Part shown: in pieces, positions 46,621 through 58,500 of the stretch
Layout: each line of letters opens with the position of its first letter
Position numbering within the stretch: position 1 is the first letter of the stretch
NCBI RefSeq assembly: GCF_037042905.1
Contig: NC_087245.1
Coordinates: forward strand, 3,660,001 to 3,724,000
Reading direction: 5' to 3'
Length of the DNA stretch: 64,000 bases
DNA from: Lytechinus pictus
Taxonomy: Eukaryota
Position numbers and translations under genes: made by a program
The notes under the pieces: model-generated
The model's input: only the letters and a program-made list of their open reading frames with translations
What the model was told of the DNA's origin: nothing
Database searches by the model: none

Positions 46621-47130
46621 TGAGCATCTTATCCCATGATCCAGTATATCATTTCTAAAAACAAATTTAAGCAAGGAACCATAGCCACATTCTATATACC
46701 AATCTGTCTTGTTCAAATGTCCACAAAGTGTGATGTAATGAATGGGAAATCTATGTTAAATTTGAATGTTTGAAAATAATCATGTATATCATTGTATGGG
46801 TCTATGATTAAGTTAATAAAACTTGTTGAATTATGATTGGTCTCCAAAGCTAATCTTACGTCATTTTTTACGGTCCCAATGAAGTCACATTTCTGGATTC
46901 TGGTTACAAATGTTTGTAATCAAAACCTATGCAATAAAACATACGTTTACAAAGAAAATTTCTTGCACTATCATTTGTGAGTTGCTAACTGTATGTTCTG
47001 TTTGAGAAATGAAGAACTTCAGCTGATTTTGTAGATGTTTGATAATCAGTCCCTTCAACATAACACCACCATCACTATAATCATGACTACCACAACAACC
47101 ATTATCCATACCAACAGCAACATAATCATA

Positions 47131-48157
47131 TGGAAGCATAAAAGACCCACCCAAATGTTCAGATAATCATCTTATGTCTAGATCCCTTACAAAAAATGAC
47201 CAGGTAATGAGATCTCGGATCTCATCCTTTTAGAGAGATGATCAGATGACAAGATCTTGGATCTCGTCATGTCTACTACCTGTGTGAGAGATGAGATGAC
47301 AAGATCTTGGATCTCGTCGTGTCTACAACCTGTGTGAGAGATGAGATGACAAGATCTTGGATCTCGTCGTGTCTACAGCCTGTGTGAGAGATGAGATGAC
47401 AAGATCTTGGATCTCGTCATGTCTACGACCCGTGTGAGAGATGAGATGACAAGATCTTGGATCTCGTCATGTCTACGACCCGTGTGAGAGATGAGATGAC
47501 AAGATCTTGGATCTCGTCATGTCTACGACCCGTGTGAGAGATGAGATGACAGGATCTTGGATCTCGTCATGTCTACGACCCGTGTGAGAGATGAGATGAC
47601 AGGATCTTGGATCTCGTCATGTCTACGACCCGTGTGAGAGATGAGATGACAGGATCTTGGATCTCGTCATGTCTACGACCCGTGTGAGAGATGAGATGAC
47701 AGGACCTTGGATCTCGTCATGTCTACGACCCGTGTGAGAGATGAGATGACAAGATCTTGGATCTCGTCATGTCTACAACCCGTGTGAGAGATGAGATGAC
47801 AAGATCTTGGATCTCGTCATGTCTACAACCCGTGTGAGAGATGAGATGACAGGACCTCGGATCTCGTCATGTCTACAACCCGTGTGAGAGATGAGATGAC
47901 AAGATCTTGGATCTCGTCATGTCTACAACCCGTGTGAGAGATGAGATGACAAGATCTTGGATCTAAGATAAGGTCATCTGATCATCTCTTCTAAAAGATA
48001 AAGACATGACTTGATACAAGGTCTTGTAATCTGATCATCTCTCAAATGGGATGCAAATGTGATAAGATCCGAGATCTTGTAATCTCATCTTTTCCAAGGA
48101 TTGTAAACATGACGAGATGATTATCTGAACATCTGGGTGGCACTTTTTATGCTTCCA
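47131..48157. mobile_element. Long-TIR (foldback-like) element enclosing a 50-bp satellite
   Basis: tggaagcataaaa..ccaccca.atgttcagataatcatct at left is inverted at right (agatgattatctgaacatctgggtgg..tttttatgcttcca). Confidence 0.75.
47245..47964 (+). repeat. 50-bp tandem array, about 14 copies, each unit palindromic
   Basis: Unit GAGATGAGATGACAAGATCTTGGATCTCGTCATGTCTACGACCCGTGTGA. Confidence 0.96.
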
Positions 48158-48630
48158 CATATAATAATCATCACAATCACCATATTATCAACAACCATCC
48201 TAATCATCAGTACCATCATAGTCAACATCAAAATAATTATCACCAAAATATTTGTCATCGTCATCATATTTCAATTTCACCTTGGAAATCAGAAAGAAAA
48301 TTGCAGATGTAACTCAATGAATTATAAATAAGGAATAAAGCAGCATTTTAACAGAGATGTGTGTGTAGAATGTTGATTCAGTTTAATATCAACTTTATTT
48401 CTGTCTGCTTGCCAAATACAATTGTCATGGTAATATCAGATTACTTTTTTAATCACTTTGATTCTTGTTATTTATCTCTTCGTACATGAATGTTGAGCAC
48501 TTTCGTGAACATTTCAAACATTGTCACTTAATTTATGACTCGCAGTTAGAAGTTTTCACAAAACTTGAACTTTTTTAAATGACATTTCAAATTTAACTTC
48601 TACAAATGCAAAAATTTATATCAGCAATGG

Positions 48631-50165
48631 AATAATAAAGCAATATTGGCTGGCCTCGGGGCAATATGACATATATCGCCCAAACTAGATTTATATCGCC
48701 CGAGTCGTAGACGAGGTTGATATCAATTTAGTGAGGGCGATATATGTCCTTTCGCCCCCAGGCCATTCAATATTGCTATTATTAACCAAATCAGACATCT
48801 AGAGCAAACAAGTGGAATGCCTCTGGCGGTCTCACCTGCATCACAGGATCTAATATAGCAGCAGTGCTGACTTTGAAAACTACTATCAAATAATTATTCA
48901 CAAAAAAACACCATTCCTATAATGATACAATACTACGTTCATCGACATTTGATCTTGATCATGTGACCTAAAACTTGTCAGTGAAACTTGATTACTCCTA
49001 TATCCACATTTTAAACACTACAGTATATCTATAAACTTTGAAAGTTATGATGGTAATTCAACAAATACCCCCAACTTGGCCAAAGTTAATTGACCTTACA
49101 TGACCTTTGACCTTGATCATTTGACCTGAAACTCGCACAGGATGTTCAGTGATACTTGATTACTCTTATGTCCAAGTTTCATGAATCAGATCCATTAACT
49201 TTCAAAGTTATGATGGTAATTCAACAGATAACCCCATTATAGCCAAAGTTCATTGACCTTTGATCTTGGTCATGTGACCTGAAATGCGCACAGGATGTTC
49301 AGTGATACTTGATTACTCTTATGTTCAAGTTTTATGAACTAGACCAATAAACTTTAAAAGTTATGATAGTAATTCAACAAATGCCCCCAACTTTGCCAAA
49401 GTTCATTGACCTTAGTCATGTGACCTGAAACTTGCACAGGATGTTCAGTGATACTTGATTATTCTTATGTCCAAGTTTCATGAATCAGATCCATAAACTT
49501 AGTTATGATAGTAATTCAACAGATACCCCAAATTTGGCCAAAATTCATTGACCCTAAATGACCTTTGACCTTGGTCATGTGAAGTGAAACTCAAGCAGGA
49601 TATTCAGTAATACTTGATTAACCTTATGTCCAAGTTTCATGAACTAGGTCCATATACTTTCTAAGTTATGCTGTCATTTCAAAAACTTAACCTTAGATTA
49701 AGATTTGGTGTTGATGCCGCCGCCACCGCTGTCGGAAAAGCGGCGCCTATAGTCTCACTCTGCTATGCAGGTGAGACAAAAACGTTAAAATTTAGATATT
49801 TTAAAGTTTAAGAATGAGACTAATAAGCAGACTGGGCTTCTGAACTTTACCTTTGTGACGTAATTGAAATGACGCGTCCTTGGCCTAGGGACGCAGTATC
49901 CAGCATTGTCTCAACTTGATTGTGACGTATAGCACTGCGTGGTTCAAAGACGCGTACAAAAGCGCGTAGAATACCCAGATGTTAGCTCTGCCTTTTTTCC
50001 CGCTACATTTCCACGCATTTACTCATTGACTTTCCTGAGCGGGCAATGAATTGGGCCCGTGGATAAACAATTGGAAATTTATTTACCGGCCATTTGATCC
50101 CAGTCTTAAGCAGGCAACAATGTATCAAAGTTGCCCTGCTCAGATGTCTGATACGGTTAATAATA
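48631..50165. mobile_element. Palindromic-end element (possibly Crypton-like) interrupted by a HINE
   Basis: Palindrome of about 150 bp at 48631-48783; attattaacc..atcagacatct (48778-48800) inverted at 50142-50165. Confidence 0.5.
48807..49782 (-). mobile_element. HINE family A copy, reverse orientation
   Basis: AACAAGTGGAATGCCTCTGGC ... CTGCTATGCAGGTGAGACAAAAA, the reverse complement of the 39395-40538 ends, with the same internal repeats. Confidence 0.85.
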
Positions 50166-53100
50166 TAACTTATCTCCAGTAATTCACACGATCACTATAT
50201 ATCAATGAGCAGGAGATTATTCAAGACTTCTAGTCACATTAAATTTTGGTGGGGCATTTCAAAGCTTGTTATTACCAGGGCCCTGAGAACTCGGCCATGG
50301 GTCACCCTATTGCCTCAAAATTTCGCATGAGGATCAAGAATTATGTAATTGAGAAAGTTGTATATCTAAAATAACGAAAAGTTCTTCTTTTTTTTACCGA
50401 TTAATTTTTGCAAATTTTTGCGAGAAATCATAGATATTATTTCTCACTAAATTTTATAACTCCCTCAATTCCTGAAAGAAAAAGATAGGTTGTGGTAATT
50501 ATTTCTTATGTATTTCTTTGTTTTCCATCAAGCATTTTTTTCAGATGCATATGTGTGGGTGTGAGAGTGTGTGTGGTAATTATTTACACTATTTGAAACA
50601 ATGATACTACAAAAGTAATTACATAAATTGGAAAAGTAGATTTCCTCCATTGGTTTATACAGTGTCATATAGAGAAATAGCAAAATTTCAGTGACAGTGT
50701 TTGGTAAACGTAATCTGACACCCGCATGGTAGGCCCAATCTCCATAAATTTGGTATCAAAATGTGCGGGGAAAAAAAGTCATAAATTTTGTTTTGAAATA
50801 TTGAGGCATTAGGAAGTACCAATAAAGATTCCACAGCCCCCCCCCCCCCCCCCCCGGAGTATTAGGGTTTAGTACTTTGAAAATATTGTGAAGGCTGATA
50901 TCAAATTCAAAACTTTATTACCATATTTCTATGTAATACAACTTCATTATGGACATAGGGGGAAAAAATAGAATAAAAATTGTAAAGAAATCTTGCAAAA
51001 TAGAATTCCTACATATGAAAGAAATGTTCATGAAAATGCCCAATATATACATTTTCACATTTTTAAAAATAAAAGCAAGAAGATTCTAATGACAAAACAA
51101 GATAGAAAATAGTAAAGTAGTAAATTTCTTGCTTCTAGCTGTATAATTCATGTTTGAATGTAACAGAAAAAGTTCAAAATCTATTAAAGACTTGTAGCTT
51201 TACATTCAACAACATTGTCCAATGTAATATTTCACTTTCTTCATACTTGAAAATAAAGGCTTTTTCGGAGGCTTGGAATTCTTCAACCAAAGGAATTCTT
51301 GAGAACAATCCTTTGTCAAACAAAGCATTTAGAATCACACGTTTTCAAGAAAAGCAATAAAATTAATCTTCACATCATAATACAAAAAAAAAATAGTTAT
51401 GTAGTAAGTAACAAATGCATGATCATTAGTCTTTACAACATCAATTCTTTAGTAATTCTCTTCTGTTGTCTTGCGCAAAAGACTGGACCATTTTTATTTT
51501 CTCATTTTGAGTTTGTTGAGCAGACAAAGAAACAAGTAACAAGTTTTTACAAGACACAATAGTACTCTTCAGTAATTTTGTAAACGGGAACAAGTAGGAC
51601 TTTGTATTTTGCATAGTTTTTTTCTTTTCTCTCCACTTCTTTTTTTTCTGTTTTCAATTTTACAAACCAGCTGTAATGCACGTCTTCCTTTGGAATATTC
51701 ATAAATTTTCACAAAAAGCATTGCCAATTTGAATAATTAAATAAATAATGACAATTCTGAGGGAGACGCCAAGTACCATAATTCATTTAACTTCTGCTGC
51801 CTCAAGAGGAGTACCAGAATGGCCCAGTCTTTCTCTTTTTTGTACTTCAAAAAGTCAGTATATATAATTACAATATTTTTCAAATGCATTAGAATCTGCT
51901 CACCCCTGTAAAGCAAAATGGAATCACCCACTTTCTGAGTACATTTTCAGAGAAGAAAGACCCACTAAGAAACGAATATTATACTACCTACATTTTACAA
52001 ATTACTAGTCATATACAGGATTCCTCTGAAAGAAAAATCCATTGTAAGGTATTCATTGTAAGATTATTCAACCAACTTATCAGAATAATTCAATAAAATC
52101 TCAAATAGATTTCAGGTTTACCAACTATAAAATAAATAACTTAGGGCCGCAAATATGAACTCCATAGAAATGTTGCCCCCCAAAAAAGATACATGTACTA
52201 TGTTTGACAACTTAAGTGTCTAGAACTCTAGACTTATTATAGTAGGCTCTAAGTCATGAAATGTTATTTTGTTGATTTCATGGGTATATGCATAATATCC
52301 TGCAACATGCTCCTAATAGCTTTAATATCACAAATATAAAAAAAAACCTGAAGATGGGCAGCAAACTATGAACTAATATGAATTATCATCAATATTTGCA
52401 GTTATGACATGGATTGTTATATAATTATCTTAGACACTCTAATGAATTGCCCTATCAAACATAATAATATACAGTCTGACCTTGAAAACTGTAGATTGGT
52501 GTCTGAACTTGAGAATGGTTAATAATAAGGAAAAAATATTTTTGTTGAAGTCAGGGGTGTGAGTGGTCACAAATAAGATATGAAAAAAGCTGAAGAGTGT
52601 TCAAAAAGTCTGAAATAGAAAGAGCTCCCGTACATTCTGCACAGAGGAAAGCAAAAAATAAGCAAAAAAAAATCTGAAATCAGCTAAAAATCCGAACTCT
52701 CACACCCCTATGAAATGGTTCCTTTTATCTCATGCCTACCCAAATTCTTAAATAAACCCCACACATACAAAAAAATAAAAGGAGTGATGAATTAAACAGA
52801 GAATAGTTTGCAATAAAGCACTGTGCAACAAATTATGTATGGGGAAAAGTTTACAACAGATTGGTAAAACTGTATTGGACATGGTCTTGTATCTTTTTTT
52901 TCCACTGGAGGGCATTTTCACATCCATCCACATTCACACTCATTCATGCTTTACACATCAGAAATTTTATCAACTCTCATTACTTTGTTTTATTTATGTA
53001 CTTTGGATAAATTCATAGGATTTTGGTTTCTTTTCATAACCTTCTTCCATAAAAGTTATTTTTAAAGAAAATTGATGGCCAAATTTTTTGTTTGTTTGAA

Positions 53101-55196
53101 AGAAGGTCAAATCTCATAATGACTGTGATCAGTCAATCCTACTTTATAATATCTGTCAAATAAAGCATCCCACATGAACAGGGGTGGACATTTTGTTTTT
53201 GAAACTGTATAAAAGTACCCATCAAACAATGTTTTCCATCATATGGAAATGACATAGTAAAGAAAATTCATCAAAAATAATGGCAAATATTTTTGGCAGG
53301 TTAGAAAAGGAGGGTGAAATTACATCACACTAGAAAAAATATGAACAAATAAGTTTTAAGTCTCCACATGAGACAACATCCAATTGTACATTACACGGTC
53401 TGACTATAACTAGATATTACAGTAAATGGCTTGAGAAAGTTCCAATCACAAGTTGGATAAGTTTCATTATATAAGAATACTCAAACTTAATCAACTTTAA
53501 AAAAGGGAGGTACAAAATTACTTGAAATCATAGTTTATCCTTAATAGACTACTCAGCCATCATAATAAGGAAATTATTTTTCTTCTATAAATATAAGGAA
53601 GCTCTCCGTATCCAAAAATTTTAGCTTAACTATTCATACAGTACTATGATTTTTCATAAATCATATTGCAGATGGATCATGTAATATGTGGTGGGTGATT
53701 ATACAAAACAGAGGATATTCAGATGTGTGTTGATATCACATCAGTTGTTCTTTAGTAAGAGACATGAACAATCATACAGTAGCATTCTTGTAGTTAATTT
53801 TTTTTTCAATACAGGCTTTGGAAATCAACCAAGTACAAATTAATAAACATATCAATTCATTGATTGAATTGGTTTCAATGAGCATGATGAACTTCACAAA
53901 TAAATTATAAATAAATCAGTTTAAACCTTTATAGGGAAATCAAATTTCACCATATTTGTTTACAACTCTAATTCCTTTTGGCTGATATATTGCAAGTCGA
54001 AAATGCCAAATTCATATTCCAACAAAAAATTTAACATTGTTATATCACTGGAAGGCATGGAATTTGTACTATACAATAAAAAAGAGAAAATGTAACAAAG
54101 TCATATCTTTGAAATAAAAAAGGGTAACTTAAAAGGACTAGTAATATTAAGTATCAGGTTAGGAATCAATTATTCTGAATAAGTTTCAAAAAAAAAAAAT
54201 CACCTTGAAATACACTAACAAAAAAATATCCTGAGAATTAATCTGCAAGAAGAGTACTGGTTTCCTTTTCCCTTGTTTGTTTATTTGTGATTTGTATTTG
54301 ATATAGATGCATCATTGTATTACAATGAATGCTATCACACACACATACACACATTGTGTCTTGCAATGGTGAAAGACACATTCTCCAACATGCACTCAAC
54401 CTCATTCTCACACTCTTTCTCTCCCTCTCTTCAAATGCTTCACATCAAACAGACTCTCATCTCCTTTCATCCCTCTAACATTCCAATAAGAAGCTTGGGA
54501 TATTGTTTTTACTTGAATTAAAGTGGAATCAGATGCAAGAATGAAGACATAGTTCGGTGATTGGTCGATCCATCATGGTTCCGTTCGTCATGGAGTGCAT
54601 GGCTGCCATGGAAACAGCTTATTGGGGCTTGCTGAAAAGCTGTTATCAAAGACAAAAACCATGCACATAACTATCTCATGAAAGGAGACAAAATAATAAT
54701 GCACGTAATGAAAGAACCGTAATCATTCCCAGAAATACTTTGTCATTGGCATAGGAGTAACAAACCAGACAGAACATTTTTTTTATCTACCTGCAAAAAA
54801 ATTCTTTTTACTGAGAGTTGATATGACAATTGAAGTGGTCATGCACATTCATTAACATTTATAATTGAGATGATCAAGTGCTTCATCTGAACACTAAACA
54901 TACTGATGCATCAGTTCTGTGCAAGCCTTGATACCGACAGTAACATGGCCATTAACGCCCGTCTATTGCTTTGGTAAAGGATAAAAAAATGTGGTGAATT
55001 ACAATCGAATACCATCTCACATACAAATCTTGCAGAAGTGGAAAGGCCATTAGATATTCTCCCAACCGCCATGTCTGATTATAGTGTCATGGATTTGATA
55101 AGTTGAGGTTAATTGGCTGCTTTCAGAAATAACATAAAAACCTAACAAATAATTGGAATCCAAATTATCCAATTGACAATAAATTGCTCCCTTTCT

Positions 55197-55326
55197 GGGT
55201 CTCGTAACACAAAGATAGCGATTAATCATACACTTCATATTAACGATTGATTGTACATTGAAGTCAATGCAATCAATCGTAGAGAAAAGTTCAACGATCA
55301 TTGCTAAGCTTTGTGTTGCAAGCCCT
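55197..55326. mobile_element. MITE of about 130 bp (family also at about 58489-58617 and 62352-62482)
   Basis: ggg.c.cgtaacacaaag..agcgatt / attgctaagctttgtgttgcaagccc inverted ends shared by three copies. Confidence 0.65.
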
Positions 55327-55371
55327 AGACCATACCTAATGTATTAGTGTAATTAGAATCATACCTTCTTT

Positions 55372-55546
55372 TCACTGAGATTTGTTATCTAGTGAGGGTC
55401 TTAGCTTCCTGATTTCTTTGGTTGCCCACGTAGCTAGTGTCTTGGTCTTCATGACCTTTGACCTACGACCCTCCGTTAACAGTTCTTGGATGGATTTCCG
55501 CTCAAAGAAGACAAGCATTTCAGCCCCAAAGGCAGCACATAGATCC
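55372..55546 (-). CDS. KPNB1: KPNB1 last coding exon, to TGA stop
   Basis: [57 protein letters not shown]. Confidence 0.92.
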
Positions 55547-58500
55547 CTGATAGAAAAAATTACAAGGGTGGATCATAAAACTTGTATTGACCTGAATGGT
55601 TATAGCTCCTCCCTAACCTTGTGTTAATAGCCTATATCAACTAATAATTGGCTTAACACTAAAAAGACTTGGGCTATTTTGACGCCTTAAGCCCGGCGCA
55701 CACTATACGATCTGATATGACCCATTTTGTTAACAAATCATGTTTTGCATTATATGTGAAAGTTCCAAGAAGTACTATCATTTCATTTGGCATAATGCTA
55801 GGATTACTAAAATCAGAATTCTGATTTGTGAAAAGCCTTGTGGTCAATTGAAAAATCGAATTGGCTTCAAATCGCAGACAATGATGACGTCATTCCAATT
55901 TTGAATTGAATTTGCCTTTTTTCCTACCAGGAGGCAGCAAGGAGACTAGAATTTCAATTCCAGTATTCATAAAACTAATCCTAACTTTGATCATTAAGAT
56001 TCTCATATTAAGTAGCAATACAATTTCTTTGGGCTAGCCCTATTATGACAGGGAAAGAAAGGCCAATTATAACTGTCCTTAGACTTTTAAGGGTCAATGA
56101 ACTACAAACACATAACAATGAATATGTCAAAACGACACTTAACCCTAAAATGGCCGGGGGGGGGGGGGTTGAATCAACCCCCCCCCCTCAACATTTTCTG
56201 CGATCATTCCGCCGCGCGAATTCTTTTTACCGCCCCACTCGCAGAGTTTATACTTTTAAGTCTCTCGCATCTTTTGAGACCAAATTTACGACGCCCGGGT
56301 ACGCAGTTCCGCAACATTTTGTAAGTGCATGTCAGACCAAAAATTGTTCCAAAACGTGATTTTGTGTACAAAGTCAATGCAAATTGAGTTTTCTCATCTT
56401 ATTCATAAAGATATGATTATTTTTACTTTAAACAGCTGAAAGCAATTGATTTTAGCATAATTATGCTTCAAAAAGGTTGTGCAATAAATCTGGTGAAAAA
56501 AACAAAAGTTTGAAAAACACGGAAATACATAAGAAATTCATAAAACAATAAAATACATAAGAAATTGATTTCCAAACCGAAGTTTTTTTCAATTGCCATT
56601 GTTTAGAATGCTACAAAGAATATTTTTAACAAAAATTAGCATTCTAGGAGCTTTATTTAGTGAATTAGAGCAAAAAGTATGATTTATGCATAAATTAGCA
56701 TAATTAATTCATATAAAATAAAATCTCATTATTTTGGAAAATTTTACCATACAGCCTTGTAGATTACATCGCATACTACCAGCGTGCAAATTTTAGCGGC
56801 GCTTGCGCCGCCACAATCGCACGATCGGCGGCCGAGATCTCAGGGGGGGGGTTGAATCAACCCCCTCGGCCACAGAACAGCCAAAAAAGCCCGGCCTAGT
56901 TAGGGTTAGATACAAAACATCCAAGAATAAAGAATTTTTACATAACAATGAGAATTACTTGTAGTAAAAATACGACTTCAGCTCCATTTTGGACTATCTG
57001 TGATAAAGTGTGTTATAACATAATCAGTCAGTAGACAATGGGTTCATACACAAATAATTCTACATCAATTATTACACATTACCACCTACATCTTACTTCC
57101 AATTTAACTTACAATGATTGTTCAAGACCTGATTGAATGAACATGCACGGAGGACACTTTGTCATTAATGTGCAAATATATCCTTAACACCACATTTTCG
57201 TGGCAAGGCGCAAAACAAAAAACGCTCTGAGCAGCATGCATAAGTGCAAAGCTTAAAGGCGTTTCTGCATTGATGCGAAAGTGTTTTGCTAGGGGCTTTT
57301 TTTGCACCGAAACGACAACTTGATGCCTTGAAAGATTAGACTTACCCAATGAGACCAGCACAGGCAGCTACATTGCTGTCAGTGTGGTCTTCATCAGCAC
57401 CTAAGTGCTCTATGAAGCTCACCATGTGACTAACATTACGGAATAATTCCTTGACTTCATCTGAAAAGGAAGGAGAGAGAATATTACAAGATAACTTTGA
57501 CTTGATGAGTTGTTCAATGGGTCCACCAACATTTGTTGGGTAATTTTGTCATATAAAGAGGAAAAGAACACACATTTCACAAATCTGGGGCCTGTTTCAT
57601 AGAGTTACAACTATGATAATTACCATGGTAACAGCAGCCAATCACAATCAAGGTTTCAATGGTAGTTACAATAATGGCAAAGTTACCAAGTCTTTAGAAA
57701 CAGGTCTGGAAATTGCTTGGGGCAACTAGTGTAGACTAAACTATTCCACAGATTGTAAGGCAATGAGAATATGATTGATGAATGGATGAAAATATCTATT
57801 AAAGAAAATGATATTCATATTAAATTGGATGGCTCAAAATGGAATACCAGAAATATTGAATATAATATTGATGACTTGACACTGCTGAATACGGTCTCAT
57901 ACTCGTTGGATTTCAGTCCTTTTAGGAATACGCTCTCGTATTGAACAGGCAATTGATGCAGAACAAGATTACATATTTTTAATGCATTGCTAAACACTCT
58001 ATAAAGATAATAATAGACAATATCTTAGGTTTTAAGAACCTTATCTGAATTAAAGTGAATTAAACTATCATAGGAAACTCATTTAACAATTAAAATCTGT
58101 ATTTTTTTTTTAAATTGATCTTGTTATATAATTTATTAAATAAAACAAACCAATGATCATGGCTGGGACCAGTAGAGCATTTCACGAAAAGATTTGTCAA
58201 ACATTTTATCCAACAAGTTTTGTTTTATCAGACAGTTACCATAGTAACAGTGCCTCTCAACCAATCAGATTCAAAGAAAGTTTTGAGATCTGACAACTTG
58301 TAGGACAAAAATGTTGATGAAACGCCGTTAAATGAAAATAGCACCGACAATTAATCATTATCTGATACAACAGACAGTTTACATCCACTAGCACTGCTAC
58401 AAGATTGTGTCTTCCACCACCATGGCTAAACCCACTTGGTTTACTATCAATTGGTCTAATGCAAGTTTTGTCAAACCTGGGTCCCATAACACAAAGGTTA

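Noticed and set aside
47245..47964. CRISPR-like array of palindromic repeats
   Set aside because: Sequences between the palindromes are near-identical rather than unique spacers, there are no cas genes, and the context is eukaryotic.
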